In this document: in pieces, positions 38,471-47,328 of the stretch
Numbering within the stretch: position 1 is the first letter of the stretch
Layout: each line of letters begins with the position of its first letter
Program-made: the position numbers and the translations under genes
NCBI GenBank assembly: GCA_965215265.1
Contig: OZ244048.1
Location: forward strand, 1,312,001 to 1,376,000
DNA length: 64,000 bases
Origin: Candidatus Poribacteria bacterium
GTDB lineage: Bacteria; Poribacteria; WGA-4E; WGA-3G
Direction of reading: 5' to 3'
The notes under the pieces: model-generated
What the model saw: only the letters and a program-made list of their open reading frames with translations
Databases searched by the model: none
Told to the model about the DNA's origin: nothing

Positions 38471-40678
38471 TTAGCCTTTTTCATGCTCGCGCCTCCACAT
38501 AACAATCGCAGCGGGAATTGTCACAACGACGAAAAAACCGACAAAAACCCAGATCGGCCAGAAAATCGGCTTGTTCCATTCTAAACGGCTTTCCGCACGC
38601 AGACTTGCATCAACCCGAATATATTTGAGATGGTTCGCACCGATCGCGCTCGGTTTACTATTCTTCACCCACTGATGCGACAGCCCAAAGTTAATCGGAT
38701 GATACGTAAATACCCAAGGTGCATCTTGTTGCACGATCTGTTTCATTTGACGAATGATGTCCAGACGCTCACCGGAATTCTCCATGTTTTTCATCTGTTC
38801 AAACAGTCTATTGTATGCCCGGTTGTCGTAGTTGGCGGCGTTTTCACCGCCGTGTTTCGCTTTGCTGTTTGGGCCGTAGAGGAGGAACAGGAAATTTTCG
38901 GCATCCGGGTAATCCGCGTGCCAGCCCCACGAAATTATCTGGAAATTTGCGTTCTGCACCTTGTCCCGGAATCGGTTGTAGTCTGTCGTCCGGTTCTCCA
39001 TGGTGAGCCCCAACTTCTCAAATCTGCTCCGCATCCACGCTAATATCGGAGTCGCACCTGCCGAGGTCCAAGCGTTATCAAAATGGAGGATTAGCGGATT
39101 TCCGTTCTTATCGACTCCGTCACGGTAACCTGCCTCAGCGAGCAGTTCTCGAGCTTCCTCGATCGATTTGCGCTGAGGGGTGCCGGTTTTCGGATTCCAA
39201 TTATAGACGTACGGGTTCATCCCCTGCTCACCTGCTTCATGCCCGAAAATGCCAGGCGGAATCGGACTCTGCGAACTCAGTCCACGCCCATTCAGAAAAA
39301 TGTCTATGTATTCTTCATAATCTAATGCAATCGAGATGGCTTGACGCAGCTTCTGTTTCTCTACCGTGTAACCGCCCACTGTTTCGTCTTGCATGTTGAA
39401 GCCGAGATAGTAAATAGTTGGGCTCACGCTGGTGCGTAGCACGATATTCTTCGCTTGTAAGAATTCGCTTGCACGCGGGTCGCCGGTATCATCAAGCGTA
39501 ATTGCCTTATCAAACGTATCCGATGAGATGCCGGAACTATCGTAGTAACCTTGCAAGAATTTATTCCACCGCGGTATGTACTCTTTTTCCAGTTTGTAAA
39601 CCACTTTCGGAATAAACGGAATAATTTCCCAGGCATCGGCTAAGAGCCCTGCTTCCCTATCGCCCGGTGCACCGTTTCCAGGGTAACGTTCAACCCGAAA
39701 ATTCTCATTTTTCACAAGGGTTATCTCTTTATACGGCACGAGATTTTCAATACGATACGGGCCGGTACCCACAGGAAACCGATCTATTGTGATATTCCGT
39801 TCTTTGAGCACCGGTTGACTGTAGAACTCGATTGCTTCTCGCGGCATCGGTGAGAAGAAGGGCATCGCTAACCAATAAGCGAACTGCGGGTACTTTGTTT
39901 GCAGGATAATCCGGTAGGTATACCTATCCACGAGCGCAACGCCCGCAAAAACTGCGTCTTCTACGGAATGCGAGGCGGGTTCGGCATCGCTCAGCACATC
40001 TGAGTACGTTTTCATGCCCAAGATATACTCTTCCAAGGTGCTCCGTATCGGACAGGCGACGCGTGGATGCGCTAGTCGTTGAAGTTGGTACACATAGTCC
40101 GCCGCTACAAGCTCCCGCGTACCTGTGACAGGAAAATCGTTGATTTCTCTGAAACCATCGCCTTTTTTCACGTTCCGGTAAAGCCTTTCTCCGTTTTTAT
40201 CCTTAGCGAAACATGGATGCGGCTGGTACAGAATGCCGGGGCGGATGCGTACCTCATAAACTGCACGTTCTACCTGCTCAGATGACGCATCTTGTGGTAA
40301 TGCCCGGCCGTTGGCATCAAAATAACGCGGCTCTGGCACTTTTTCTGCTGTAAGCGGGATGAGTTCATACGGTCTTTTAAGGTAGTGGTATTGTAGCGGT
40401 GGTTCGTAAATTTGCTCAATGAAACGGTACTCATCTGAACTATAGGAGACCGCCGGATCGAAGTGCTTCGGCTCTTCACTAAACGTACTATAGTAGATTT
40501 CTTGGTTGTGTTCAGATTTGGGATACGGATTATTCGGCACCTCGCATCCAATAAAAAACGGGAGAACCGCTAGCAAAAATAAAGCTCGCAACGGTTTGGC
40601 CAGCAACACCTTAGACTTGGTGTCGCCACTCTTGCATAACCGAATGCGAAAATAAAAAAAATCTCTAAAAGAGCACAT
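38471..40678 (-). CDS. Peptide/nickel ABC substrate-binding protein (family 5); start uncertain
   Basis: FDPA, PVGTGPY, KLRQAISIALD, WHADYPDAENFL; lipobox-like FIGC; C-terminal TM helix. Confidence 0.9.
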   Translation of the reverse strand: MCSFRDFFYFRIRLCKSGDTKSKVLLAKPLRALFLLAVLPFFIGCEVPNNPYPKSEHNQEIYYSTFSEEPKHFDPAVSYSSDEYRFIEQIYEPPLQYHYLKRPYELIPLTAEKVPEPRYFDANGRALPQDASSEQVERAVYEVRIRPGILYQPHPCFAKDKNGERLYRNVKKGDGFREINDFPVTGTRELVAADYVYQLQRLAHPRVACPIRSTLEEYILGMKTYSDVLSDAEPASHSVEDAVFAGVALVDRYTYRIILQTKYPQFAYWLAMPFFSPMPREAIEFYSQPVLKERNITIDRFPVGTGPYRIENLVPYKEITLVKNENFRVERYPGNGAPGDREAGLLADAWEIIPFIPKVVYKLEKEYIPRWNKFLQGYYDSSGISSDTFDKAITLDDTGDPRASEFLQAKNIVLRTSVSPTIYYLGFNMQDETVGGYTVEKQKLRQAISIALDYEEYIDIFLNGRGLSSQSPIPPGIFGHEAGEQGMNPYVYNWNPKTGTPQRKSIEEARELLAEAGYRDGVDKNGNPLILHFDNAWTSAGATPILAWMRSRFEKLGLTMENRTTDYNRFRDKVQNANFQIISWGWHADYPDAENFLFLLYGPNSKAKHGGENAANYDNRAYNRLFEQMKNMENSGERLDIIRQMKQIVQQDAPWVFTYHPINFGLSHQWVKNSKPSAIGANHLKYIRVDASLRAESRLEWNKPIFWPIWVFVGFFVVVTIPAAIVMWRREHEKG

Positions 40679-40691
40679 TTACCCAGCCCTC

Positions 40692-41768
40692 TTAAAATGC
40701 GTGGAGTATAGTTAAAGAGATTAAAGGACCGAATTTAAACGCATCGCTTTCTTCGTACGTGCCGTCTAAAAGTGCCTCGCTATCGTCATAAAGCGTTTCT
40801 TGCGTCAACGGCAACATGAACGTAGCCGATAACGACATATTAGAAGGCACTGCTACAGATGCCCCTAAGGATGCCATGCTGAAACGGAGCCCGGTATTAA
40901 TGTCTTGTTCGCCTGCCCAATAGGCGTAAGATTGATAAAACCCCTGATAACTCGCCTGAACCGACACACGCTCAAAGAGGTGATAATTCAAGCCCGCAGT
41001 GTAGGTGAGCCCGCGAGAGCCGCGATAGGTTTTGCTGTTTTCATAGAACGGCAGCTTCCCGCGCAGTGAAGCACTCACGGATAGGCCGCCGTAGAGCGGA
41101 ATTCCATAATGCACCTCAGCAATCGGGTTAAAGGTACCCGTGCCGAATTGGATGTGCAGATGCTCAAGCCCATTATCACCGAGCATCCACGGGTCTTCTT
41201 CCGTTTTTCCGAGCGGCACCGTCGTACCGAGGCGTGTCAATAACAGGTCGTCACTTTTAAAGATGCCTTGGAACTTATGTCCTAGCAGCATATCCATATC
41301 CGTTAAACCTGTATAGGTCTCATTTCTATGGTGAATATCCCTATTGCGTTCAATCGCTTGCAAGTCTGCCGACGTGACCGGCTCAATTTCCTCAACCGTT
41401 GCGCTTTGTTCCTTAAGTTCATACGGGATATTTGCTTCCAGGGTCCACCGTGTGTTAAGGTTGTATTTCAAACCGACATTAACACGGAAGATATTTAAAG
41501 TCACGTGGTGCCTATGCAACGGTACATCGATAACACTTCCATCCGAAGCGAGCCCTTTTGTCTCAAGATGTCCGCCCTCGGCGTCGAACCAACGCATCAT
41601 GCTGAAAGATGCCTGGAATCGCTTCGCTTCTTCTGAAGTCAAACTGACTTCACCTATCCCGCCACGTGGGATCGCGGGATTACTTCAGGCACCTCAGCTA
41701 TCCTGGGCGAATCCGATCAGGAGCGTCATCAATTGCATTATCAGCATTGCCAACACGATTTTTTGCAT
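40692..41768 (-). CDS. Outer-membrane beta-barrel transporter-like protein; candidate selenoprotein (U25-G-A-U28)
   Basis: GGAG RBS, ATG 41768 and signal peptide MQKIVLAMLIMQLMTLLIGFA are in frame with ORF 40692-41642 across two TGA codons. QFGTG motif, His clusters, C-terminal Phe. Confidence 0.75.
41656..41680 (-). promoter_or_regulatory. Candidate SECIS-like hairpin
   Basis: ATCCCGC-GATCCCACGTG-GCGGGAT begins 4 nt after the second TGA. Confidence 0.45.
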
Positions 41769-41804
41769 GTTTTTCTCCGTAAGTGTTTTTTGGTGCACAG
41801 TTAT

Positions 41805-42755
41805 TCATAGCGGTGAATCTTCACGCTGTAGATTTAGCCATTCCATTTCCGAATCGGTGAGGTGCAGTGCTAATGCATCGACGGAAGAACGCATCTCGTC
41901 CAAGTCTGCCGGCCCAATGATCGGGAAGATCGGGAACGGCAGCTGTACGACGTACGCAAGTGAAACCTGAATAGCGGATGAGTTGTATTTTTTCGCCAGT
42001 TTAGTGGCGCGGGCGAGCCTCTCAAAATTATCTGTGTTGTAATACACACGCACCATATCCCGGTTATCTCGTTTCTCTGGTGTCCACGCACCGCCGAAAA
42101 AACCTCTCGCTTGCGAAGACCACGGCATCAATGGAAATTGGTTTTCCTGATGCCAACTCCGTCCTGCTTCATCAACGCATACGCAACCGCCCCACATCGG
42201 CTCCATCGGGACAGCGAGACTAATGTTATTGCTACAAGAGACAAAACCGTGCAACCCGTTGGCAGACGCGTAGCTGTTGGCGGCGGTAATCCGTTCTGGA
42301 TGCCAATTGGAGGCCGATATCGCACGAATCCGGCCCGCACTCATTTCATGATTCAGATAGTCGATAATCGTGCTAACCGGTATGACCGGGTCATCGCGAT
42401 GCAGCATATAGAGATCTATATACGAGGTACGTAGCCGGATGAGGCTTTCGTCCAAGTCGCGTTTTAGCTCTTCCGGTGACAATCTCGGACGAGGAACTCT
42501 GCCGTTTGGATGCCCGCCTTTATCTATGAGGAAAACGGCATCGCGGTTCTGTCGTTGTTGCATCCACAAACCGATTAACATTTCACTGCTGCCCCCACCG
42601 TAACCGTGTGCCGTGTCAAGCGCGTTCCCACCCGCATCACAGAACGCGTCCAGCAGGCGAGTACTATGTTCATATTGCACTGGCGACAGCATCATCGTCC
42701 CCAGAATTAACTGTGAAATCTCTTTGCTAACCCCAGGAATTTTTATCTGATTCAT
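41805..42755 (-). CDS. Aldo/keto reductase
   Basis: LILGT, DTAHGYG, SE, KGG, YIDLYMLHRDD, GRIRAISASNW. Confidence 0.93.
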   Translation of the reverse strand: MNQIKIPGVSKEISQLILGTMMLSPVQYEHSTRLLDAFCDAGGNALDTAHGYGGGSSEMLIGLWMQQRQNRDAVFLIDKGGHPNGRVPRPRLSPEELKRDLDESLIRLRTSYIDLYMLHRDDPVIPVSTIIDYLNHEMSAGRIRAISASNWHPERITAANSYASANGLHGFVSCSNNISLAVPMEPMWGGCVCVDEAGRSWHQENQFPLMPWSSQARGFFGGAWTPEKRDNRDMVRVYYNTDNFERLARATKLAKKYNSSAIQVSLAYVVQLPFPIFPIIGPADLDEMRSSVDALALHLTDSEMEWLNLQREDSPL

Positions 42756-43160
42756 TGATTCTCCTAATTCTCACCAAATCTGTTTCCTCATATTATAGCA
42801 TACTTTATCTATAAAATGGAAAGAGAAACAGCGGCATTTTAAAGTATATAACGTTGTATCTTATCTGAATCTCGCAAAATATATCAAGCATTCTAAAAAT
42901 AAAACTAAATACGCCCAATAAATCCGCTAACTCACTTACCCCAATTTTCTAGGGAAGTGTTGTGTGATGAGGTATTTCCTTGAAACTGTGTGGTGTGAGT
43001 TATCAGAATCCGGATTTGCAGGATTTTCAGGAGAAGCGGTTTTTCGTGCAGTCGGCGAGTTCCCAGAAAAGTTTATGCATGGCTCCGCCTGATCAAGCAC
43101 CCCGACGCGATGTGTGACACGTGGGCGTTCTGGTCTGCTTTTTAGCAGGGCTCTTACCTC

Positions 43161-43241
43161 AAGGAGATACCGCTTTGGCGGGTGACTGACAAGGTTTCTA
43201 GGACAGATACGCCGCCATCGCCTCTACCAGCGCAACTCACC
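43161..43241. repeat. ~80-bp dispersed repeat, copy 2
   Basis: Same orientation and core as 36196-36273. Confidence 0.85.
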
Positions 43242-43482
43242 AAGTGAGAAGATAAATCAGGCAGAGAAATCGGTATCGCCTCAAACAGAAAGAGATGTAA
43301 TAGCATTCGGCACACGGCCTACTCACCATCACACCTCTGCTTTTATCTTTCGCATATCTCACACTGCATAATACGCAAACCCCTATGCCCCTTGTCAGGC
43401 GGTATAATAACGGTAGGGTTCCTACCTGACACTACCAACCCGAGCGGACCGGGGTCTGCCATGGTGTTCCGTGCGTGCCGTC

Positions 43483-43812
43483 CTATAGTTCTAACGCCTG
43501 TAGGAATGCTTCAAAACTGTCGGCTTTGACGGCTGTCAGCAGCAGCTGCTCGAGGTGTTCGAGGTTAGAAAGGGTTTCGAGTTGCTGCGTGGCAGTGTGT
43601 ATGTCACAATGAGGGAATCGCGCATTGAGGACGGCGGTTATATTTTTGATAGCATTCTGGCACGCCCCTCGCTCAATCCCTTCTTCTCTCCCTTGTTCTC
43701 TCCCTTGTTCTCTCCCTTGTTCTATGCCTCGTTCTATGCCTTGTTCTATGCCTCGTTCTATGCCTTGTGCTATGCCTCGTTCGAAGAGGAATTCGGCCAT
43801 TGTCTCTGCCAT
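43483..43812 (-). CDS. Predicted nested in-frame small protein (109 aa, RpnS-like)
   Basis: GGAGGT at 43825-43820, 7-nt spacer, in-frame ATG (MAETMAE). Confidence 0.65.
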   Translation of the reverse strand: MAETMAEFLFERGIAQGIERGIEQGIERGIEQGREQGREQGREEGIERGACQNAIKNITAVLNARFPHCDIHTATQQLETLSNLEHLEQLLLTAVKADSFEAFLQALEL

Positions 43813-44631
43813 CGGTGCTACCTCCATGTCACTCGTATGCCGGTCTATCAACTCTATCAACTCTTCTTGTTCTTCCTTTGAACGCTGATGCTGAATCAGC
43901 AACACCAGATACATTATCGCTTCCCTACGCTGCCCGGAATCGACTGCATCAAGCGTCTCCAGCTGCGTCAAAGTCTCTCGTAACGCGCGGCTTATAGACG
44001 CTTTGTCCGAATCTTTTTGTTGAAGCACTCTCATCAGCCACCCGAATGGATGCGCCGCCTCTGTCAGCGTCGCCTTGTCTGTGCCTTTCAGATTCAGAAA
44101 CAGGATGTCAAATCTCGGAACGAATCTAGAGAGCGCCGCGGGCAAATTCATCATCGCCTCAAGTGTCAGTGGCTTCTCCCACCGCCGCTCCCCTGTGTAA
44201 AACACCACGGGCAAAATCGGCGGCAATACACGCTCACTTCTCGGCACCTTCTCTGCCGCCCACCGCCGCCGCTCTGCGTCCCAAATTAGCATCATGTAGA
44301 AAAGCACACGAAACCCCATCGTCGCATCTACCGTCGATTGATGTTCAATCAGCAGATAGATGAGCAGCTCTGCCGCACCCTCATCACCATCACTTTTGAA
44401 GGGCACCCGATATACAATGTCTGCCTCTTGTTCTCGGAGAGTGGCGGGCAGCAGACTCCTATTCATTGGAACCAGCTGCTCAAAGTCAATCAACGCGGCG
44501 AGTTCTGCCGCAACGAGTTCTAACAAGCCCCGGACGTTTTCCTTGTTTTCTAATAAGCGGCGTATACTCCGATCGGAAAAGTTCGCAACAGACATCTCGG
44601 ACAAAAAGTCGTGGATGTCCTTCTTCTGCAT
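43483..44631 (-). CDS. Rpn/YhgA-like recombination-promoting nuclease (putative transposase family)
   Basis: EADIVY, IYLLIEHQSTVD..MGFR, LPPILPVVFYTGERRW, GIEQG/GREEG repeats. Confidence 0.9.
   Translation of the reverse strand: MQKKDIHDFLSEMSVANFSDRSIRRLLENKENVRGLLELVAAELAALIDFEQLVPMNRSLLPATLREQEADIVYRVPFKSDGDEGAAELLIYLLIEHQSTVDATMGFRVLFYMMLIWDAERRRWAAEKVPRSERVLPPILPVVFYTGERRWEKPLTLEAMMNLPAALSRFVPRFDILFLNLKGTDKATLTEAAHPFGWLMRVLQQKDSDKASISRALRETLTQLETLDAVDSGQRREAIMYLVLLIQHQRSKEEQEELIELIDRHTSDMEVAPMAETMAEFLFERGIAQGIERGIEQGIERGIEQGREQGREQGREEGIERGACQNAIKNITAVLNARFPHCDIHTATQQLETLSNLEHLEQLLLTAVKADSFEAFLQALEL
43669..43776 (-). repeat. 9 x 12-bp coding tandem repeat (GIEQ/GREQ)
   Basis: Visible CCTTGTTCTAT/CTCT periodicity. 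Confidence 0.9.
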
Positions 44632-44692
44632 ATTAGACTCCTAAAACGTGGCAGTTGTCAAGTGCTTCCCTTCTTAAAACGGCTACGTCTTT

Positions 44693-44721
44693 ATAATAAC
44701 ACATCAGGGAATCATTGTCAA
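44693..44721 (-). promoter_or_regulatory. sigma70-type promoter of the Rpn gene
   Basis: TTGACA-N17-TATTAT with extended -10 TG. Confidence 0.65.
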
Positions 44722-44873
44722 GCAGAGATAAATCCTCACTTACCGCCATTTTTTAAAGAATCTAAAAAGGGCGTAAATGAGAATCCGCTAACCATTGCAG
44801 AAAAACGGATGTCATGCTATAATAGAAAATAGAATTCAACGAGGCATGCTCCTATTACTAACAGAGAGAGGAA

Positions 44874-45962
44874 ATGATAAAAGCGAAACCCGGTATTGAC
44901 ACCATTCAGCCGTACCAAGCAGGTAAACCGATTCAAGAAGTACAGTGCGAATTGGGCATCACCGATATTATCAAACTCGCCTCCAATGAGAATCCGCTTG
45001 GACCCTCACCGCTGGCGATGCAAGCAATCGCCGGCAGTGCCGCACAGGTACATCTCTATCCGGATGGAAACGCCTATTACCTCAAAGCAGCCCTGGCAGA
45101 ACACCTCGGTACCTCCGCAGAACATCTCATTTTGGGCAACGGCTCCAATGACGTGCTGCAGCTAGTCGGCGAGACATATCTCGTACCCGGCGATGAGGTT
45201 ATCTACGCAGCCGGGGCTTTTGTTGTCTATAGCCTGGTAACCACAATTTGTGGGGCAAAGCCTCTCATTATACGCATGCATAATAACACGCACGACTTGG
45301 ATGCCATGGCCGCAGCGATTACGCCCAGAACAAAACTCATCTTTATTGCAAACCCAAATAATCCTACAGGCACTATGGTTACAGCATCCGAGACAACCCG
45401 CTTTATGGAACAGGTGCCGGACCACGTGCTCGTTGTTTTCGACGAGGCGTATTATGAATACGTCACCCGGCATGACTATCCCCAGACGTTTCCTTACGTC
45501 CTAGCCGGACGTAATCTCATCATCACCCGCACCTTCTCCAAAATCTACGGACTCGCCGGGCTACGTATCGGTTATGGCATCGCACCGCCTCATATAGTCG
45601 AAATGCTAAATCGCGTCCGGCAACCCTTCAACTGCAACTCGGTCGGACAAGCAGCCGCGTGCGCTGCACTCAAAGATATCGCACACGTACAAAAAAGCCA
45701 ACAGTGCAACGATGCAGGCAAAAACTTTCTATACCAAGCACTGGACGATATCGGATTGCAATACATCAAAACCTATGGAAACTTTATTATGGTGTTTCTC
45801 ACAACTCCGTCAGGAGCAGACATCGCCGCGACGCTTATGAGAAAGGGGGTTATCGTACGGCCGATGGCAGGCTACGGTTATCCAGACGCTATCCGCGTCA
45901 CCATCGGCACACAGCAGCAGAATGAGCGGTTCATCGCCTGCTTAACTGAGGCCATCGCCTAA
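44874..45962 (+). CDS. hisC: Histidinol-phosphate aminotransferase
   Basis: KLASNENPLGPS, GNGS, ANPNNPTG, DEAY, RTFSKIYGLAGLRIGY. Confidence 0.95.
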   Translation: MIKAKPGIDTIQPYQAGKPIQEVQCELGITDIIKLASNENPLGPSPLAMQAIAGSAAQVHLYPDGNAYYLKAALAEHLGTSAEHLILGNGSNDVLQLVGETYLVPGDEVIYAAGAFVVYSLVTTICGAKPLIIRMHNNTHDLDAMAAAITPRTKLIFIANPNNPTGTMVTASETTRFMEQVPDHVLVVFDEAYYEYVTRHDYPQTFPYVLAGRNLIITRTFSKIYGLAGLRIGYGIAPPHIVEMLNRVRQPFNCNSVGQAAACAALKDIAHVQKSQQCNDAGKNFLYQALDDIGLQYIKTYGNFIMVFLTTPSGADIAATLMRKGVIVRPMAGYGYPDAIRVTIGTQQQNERFIACLTEAIA

Positions 45963-46026
45963 CCGGCTGTTTTTACCATCACCGGTACCCGAAATTCCTG
46001 ACGCACCCTGTTATGGAACCAAAAAG

Positions 46027-47142
46027 ATGAAACAACTGATACAACTTAACAATAGACGAACCACGCGAAAAATCGCAGTCGGCGACATTCCCATCGGCGG
46101 CGGCAGCCCCATCTCAATACAGACGATGACGACCACTTTAACACACGACATTGACGCGACTCTAGCACAGGTAGAACGCTGCGCTGACGCAGGCGCACAG
46201 ATTGTACGTGTCGCCGTCCCTGAAGAGAAGGACGCGAAGGCACTCCCCGCACTTGTCAAACGTGCACCCGTGCCTATTGTGTCGGATATCCATTTCAACT
46301 ACCGATACGCACTCGCTGCTGTTGATGCCGGTGTCGCCAAAGTACGAATTAATCCCGGCAACATCGGCAGTGAAGAACGCATCGAGCAGGTGTTATCCGC
46401 CGCGAAGGCAGCCAATATACCGATTCGCATCGGTGTCAACGAAGGCTCGCTTGAAAAAGAGGTATTGGAGAAATACCCCTCTCCAACCGCAGAAGCACTC
46501 GTGGAAAGCGCGATGCGCCACATCAATATCTGTGAAGCGCATGATTTTACGGACATCGCTATATCAGTGAAATCGAGTGACCCGCTGCGCATGATAGAAG
46601 CCAACCGGTTGCTTTCAGCGAAAGTCGCCTACCCGTTGCACCTCGGCGTAACCGAGGCCGGCACACCGCGACGCGCGCACGTCAAATCCACGCTCGGCAT
46701 CGGCACGCTCCTTTTGGACGGCATTGGCGACACAATCCGCATCTCTATTACCGGAGACCCGGTCGAGGAGGTACTCACAGCTAAAGAACTGCTGCGGGCA
46801 CTCGGCATGGCTGAAGATATGCTGGATGTCGTGTCTTGCCCATTCTGTGGCCGCGGAGACGCTGACGCAGATTACGAAAACATCGTCGCTACGGCAGAGG
46901 AACTTTTGGAAAAACACGGTATAAAAATTCCAGTCGCCGTCATGGGATGTGAAGTCAACGGACCCGGCGAGACACGCAATGCCGAAGTCGGAATCCACCT
47001 AGGCGGTAAGGAACTCGCCGTGCTAAAGGTCCGGGGACAACGCGTACGAACCTTCCGCGGTAGAGAACAGGTTAACCCGCAATTTTTGGCGAATGCGTTA
47101 CTGGAAGCCGCACAGCAGCTGCAGGCAAAACAGAGCCTATGA
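46027..47142 (+). CDS. ispG: (E)-4-hydroxy-3-methylbut-2-enyl-diphosphate synthase
   Basis: DIHF, RINPGN, RIGVN, PLHLGVTEAG, GIGDTIR, SCPFCGR, MGCEVNGPGE. Confidence 0.97.
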   Translation: MKQLIQLNNRRTTRKIAVGDIPIGGGSPISIQTMTTTLTHDIDATLAQVERCADAGAQIVRVAVPEEKDAKALPALVKRAPVPIVSDIHFNYRYALAAVDAGVAKVRINPGNIGSEERIEQVLSAAKAANIPIRIGVNEGSLEKEVLEKYPSPTAEALVESAMRHINICEAHDFTDIAISVKSSDPLRMIEANRLLSAKVAYPLHLGVTEAGTPRRAHVKSTLGIGTLLLDGIGDTIRISITGDPVEEVLTAKELLRALGMAEDMLDVVSCPFCGRGDADADYENIVATAEELLEKHGIKIPVAVMGCEVNGPGETRNAEVGIHLGGKELAVLKVRGQRVRTFRGREQVNPQFLANALLEAAQQLQAKQSL

Positions 47143-47328
47143 AAATGAATATTTGCCTCATTCCGCAACGACAACTGCTTTGAAGTACTCTCGCAGGGTA
47201 AAACGCCTTGTTACCGTTGATTAAACTTGACGCTGACTCGCCCATCGAAACACGAAATTCACGAAAAACAGTCAGCTTTAACCAAAGTGCCTCACCACGC
47301 CAGTGAAGGAAAAACCGAAAATAAAAAG

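Noticed and set aside
41685-41696. Genome-wide UGA reassignment (code 4 or 25) as the explanation for the two TGAs
   Set aside because: TGA terminates ordinary genes here (ispG at 47142, cupin at 36672, gene ending 12490), and Trp is encoded by TGG.
42900-44795. Short shared words (ATAAATCC, TCACTTACC, AATCCGCTAAC) on both sides of the Rpn region as a target-site duplication
   Set aside because: Order and spacing differ between the two sides; too short and AT-rich to support.
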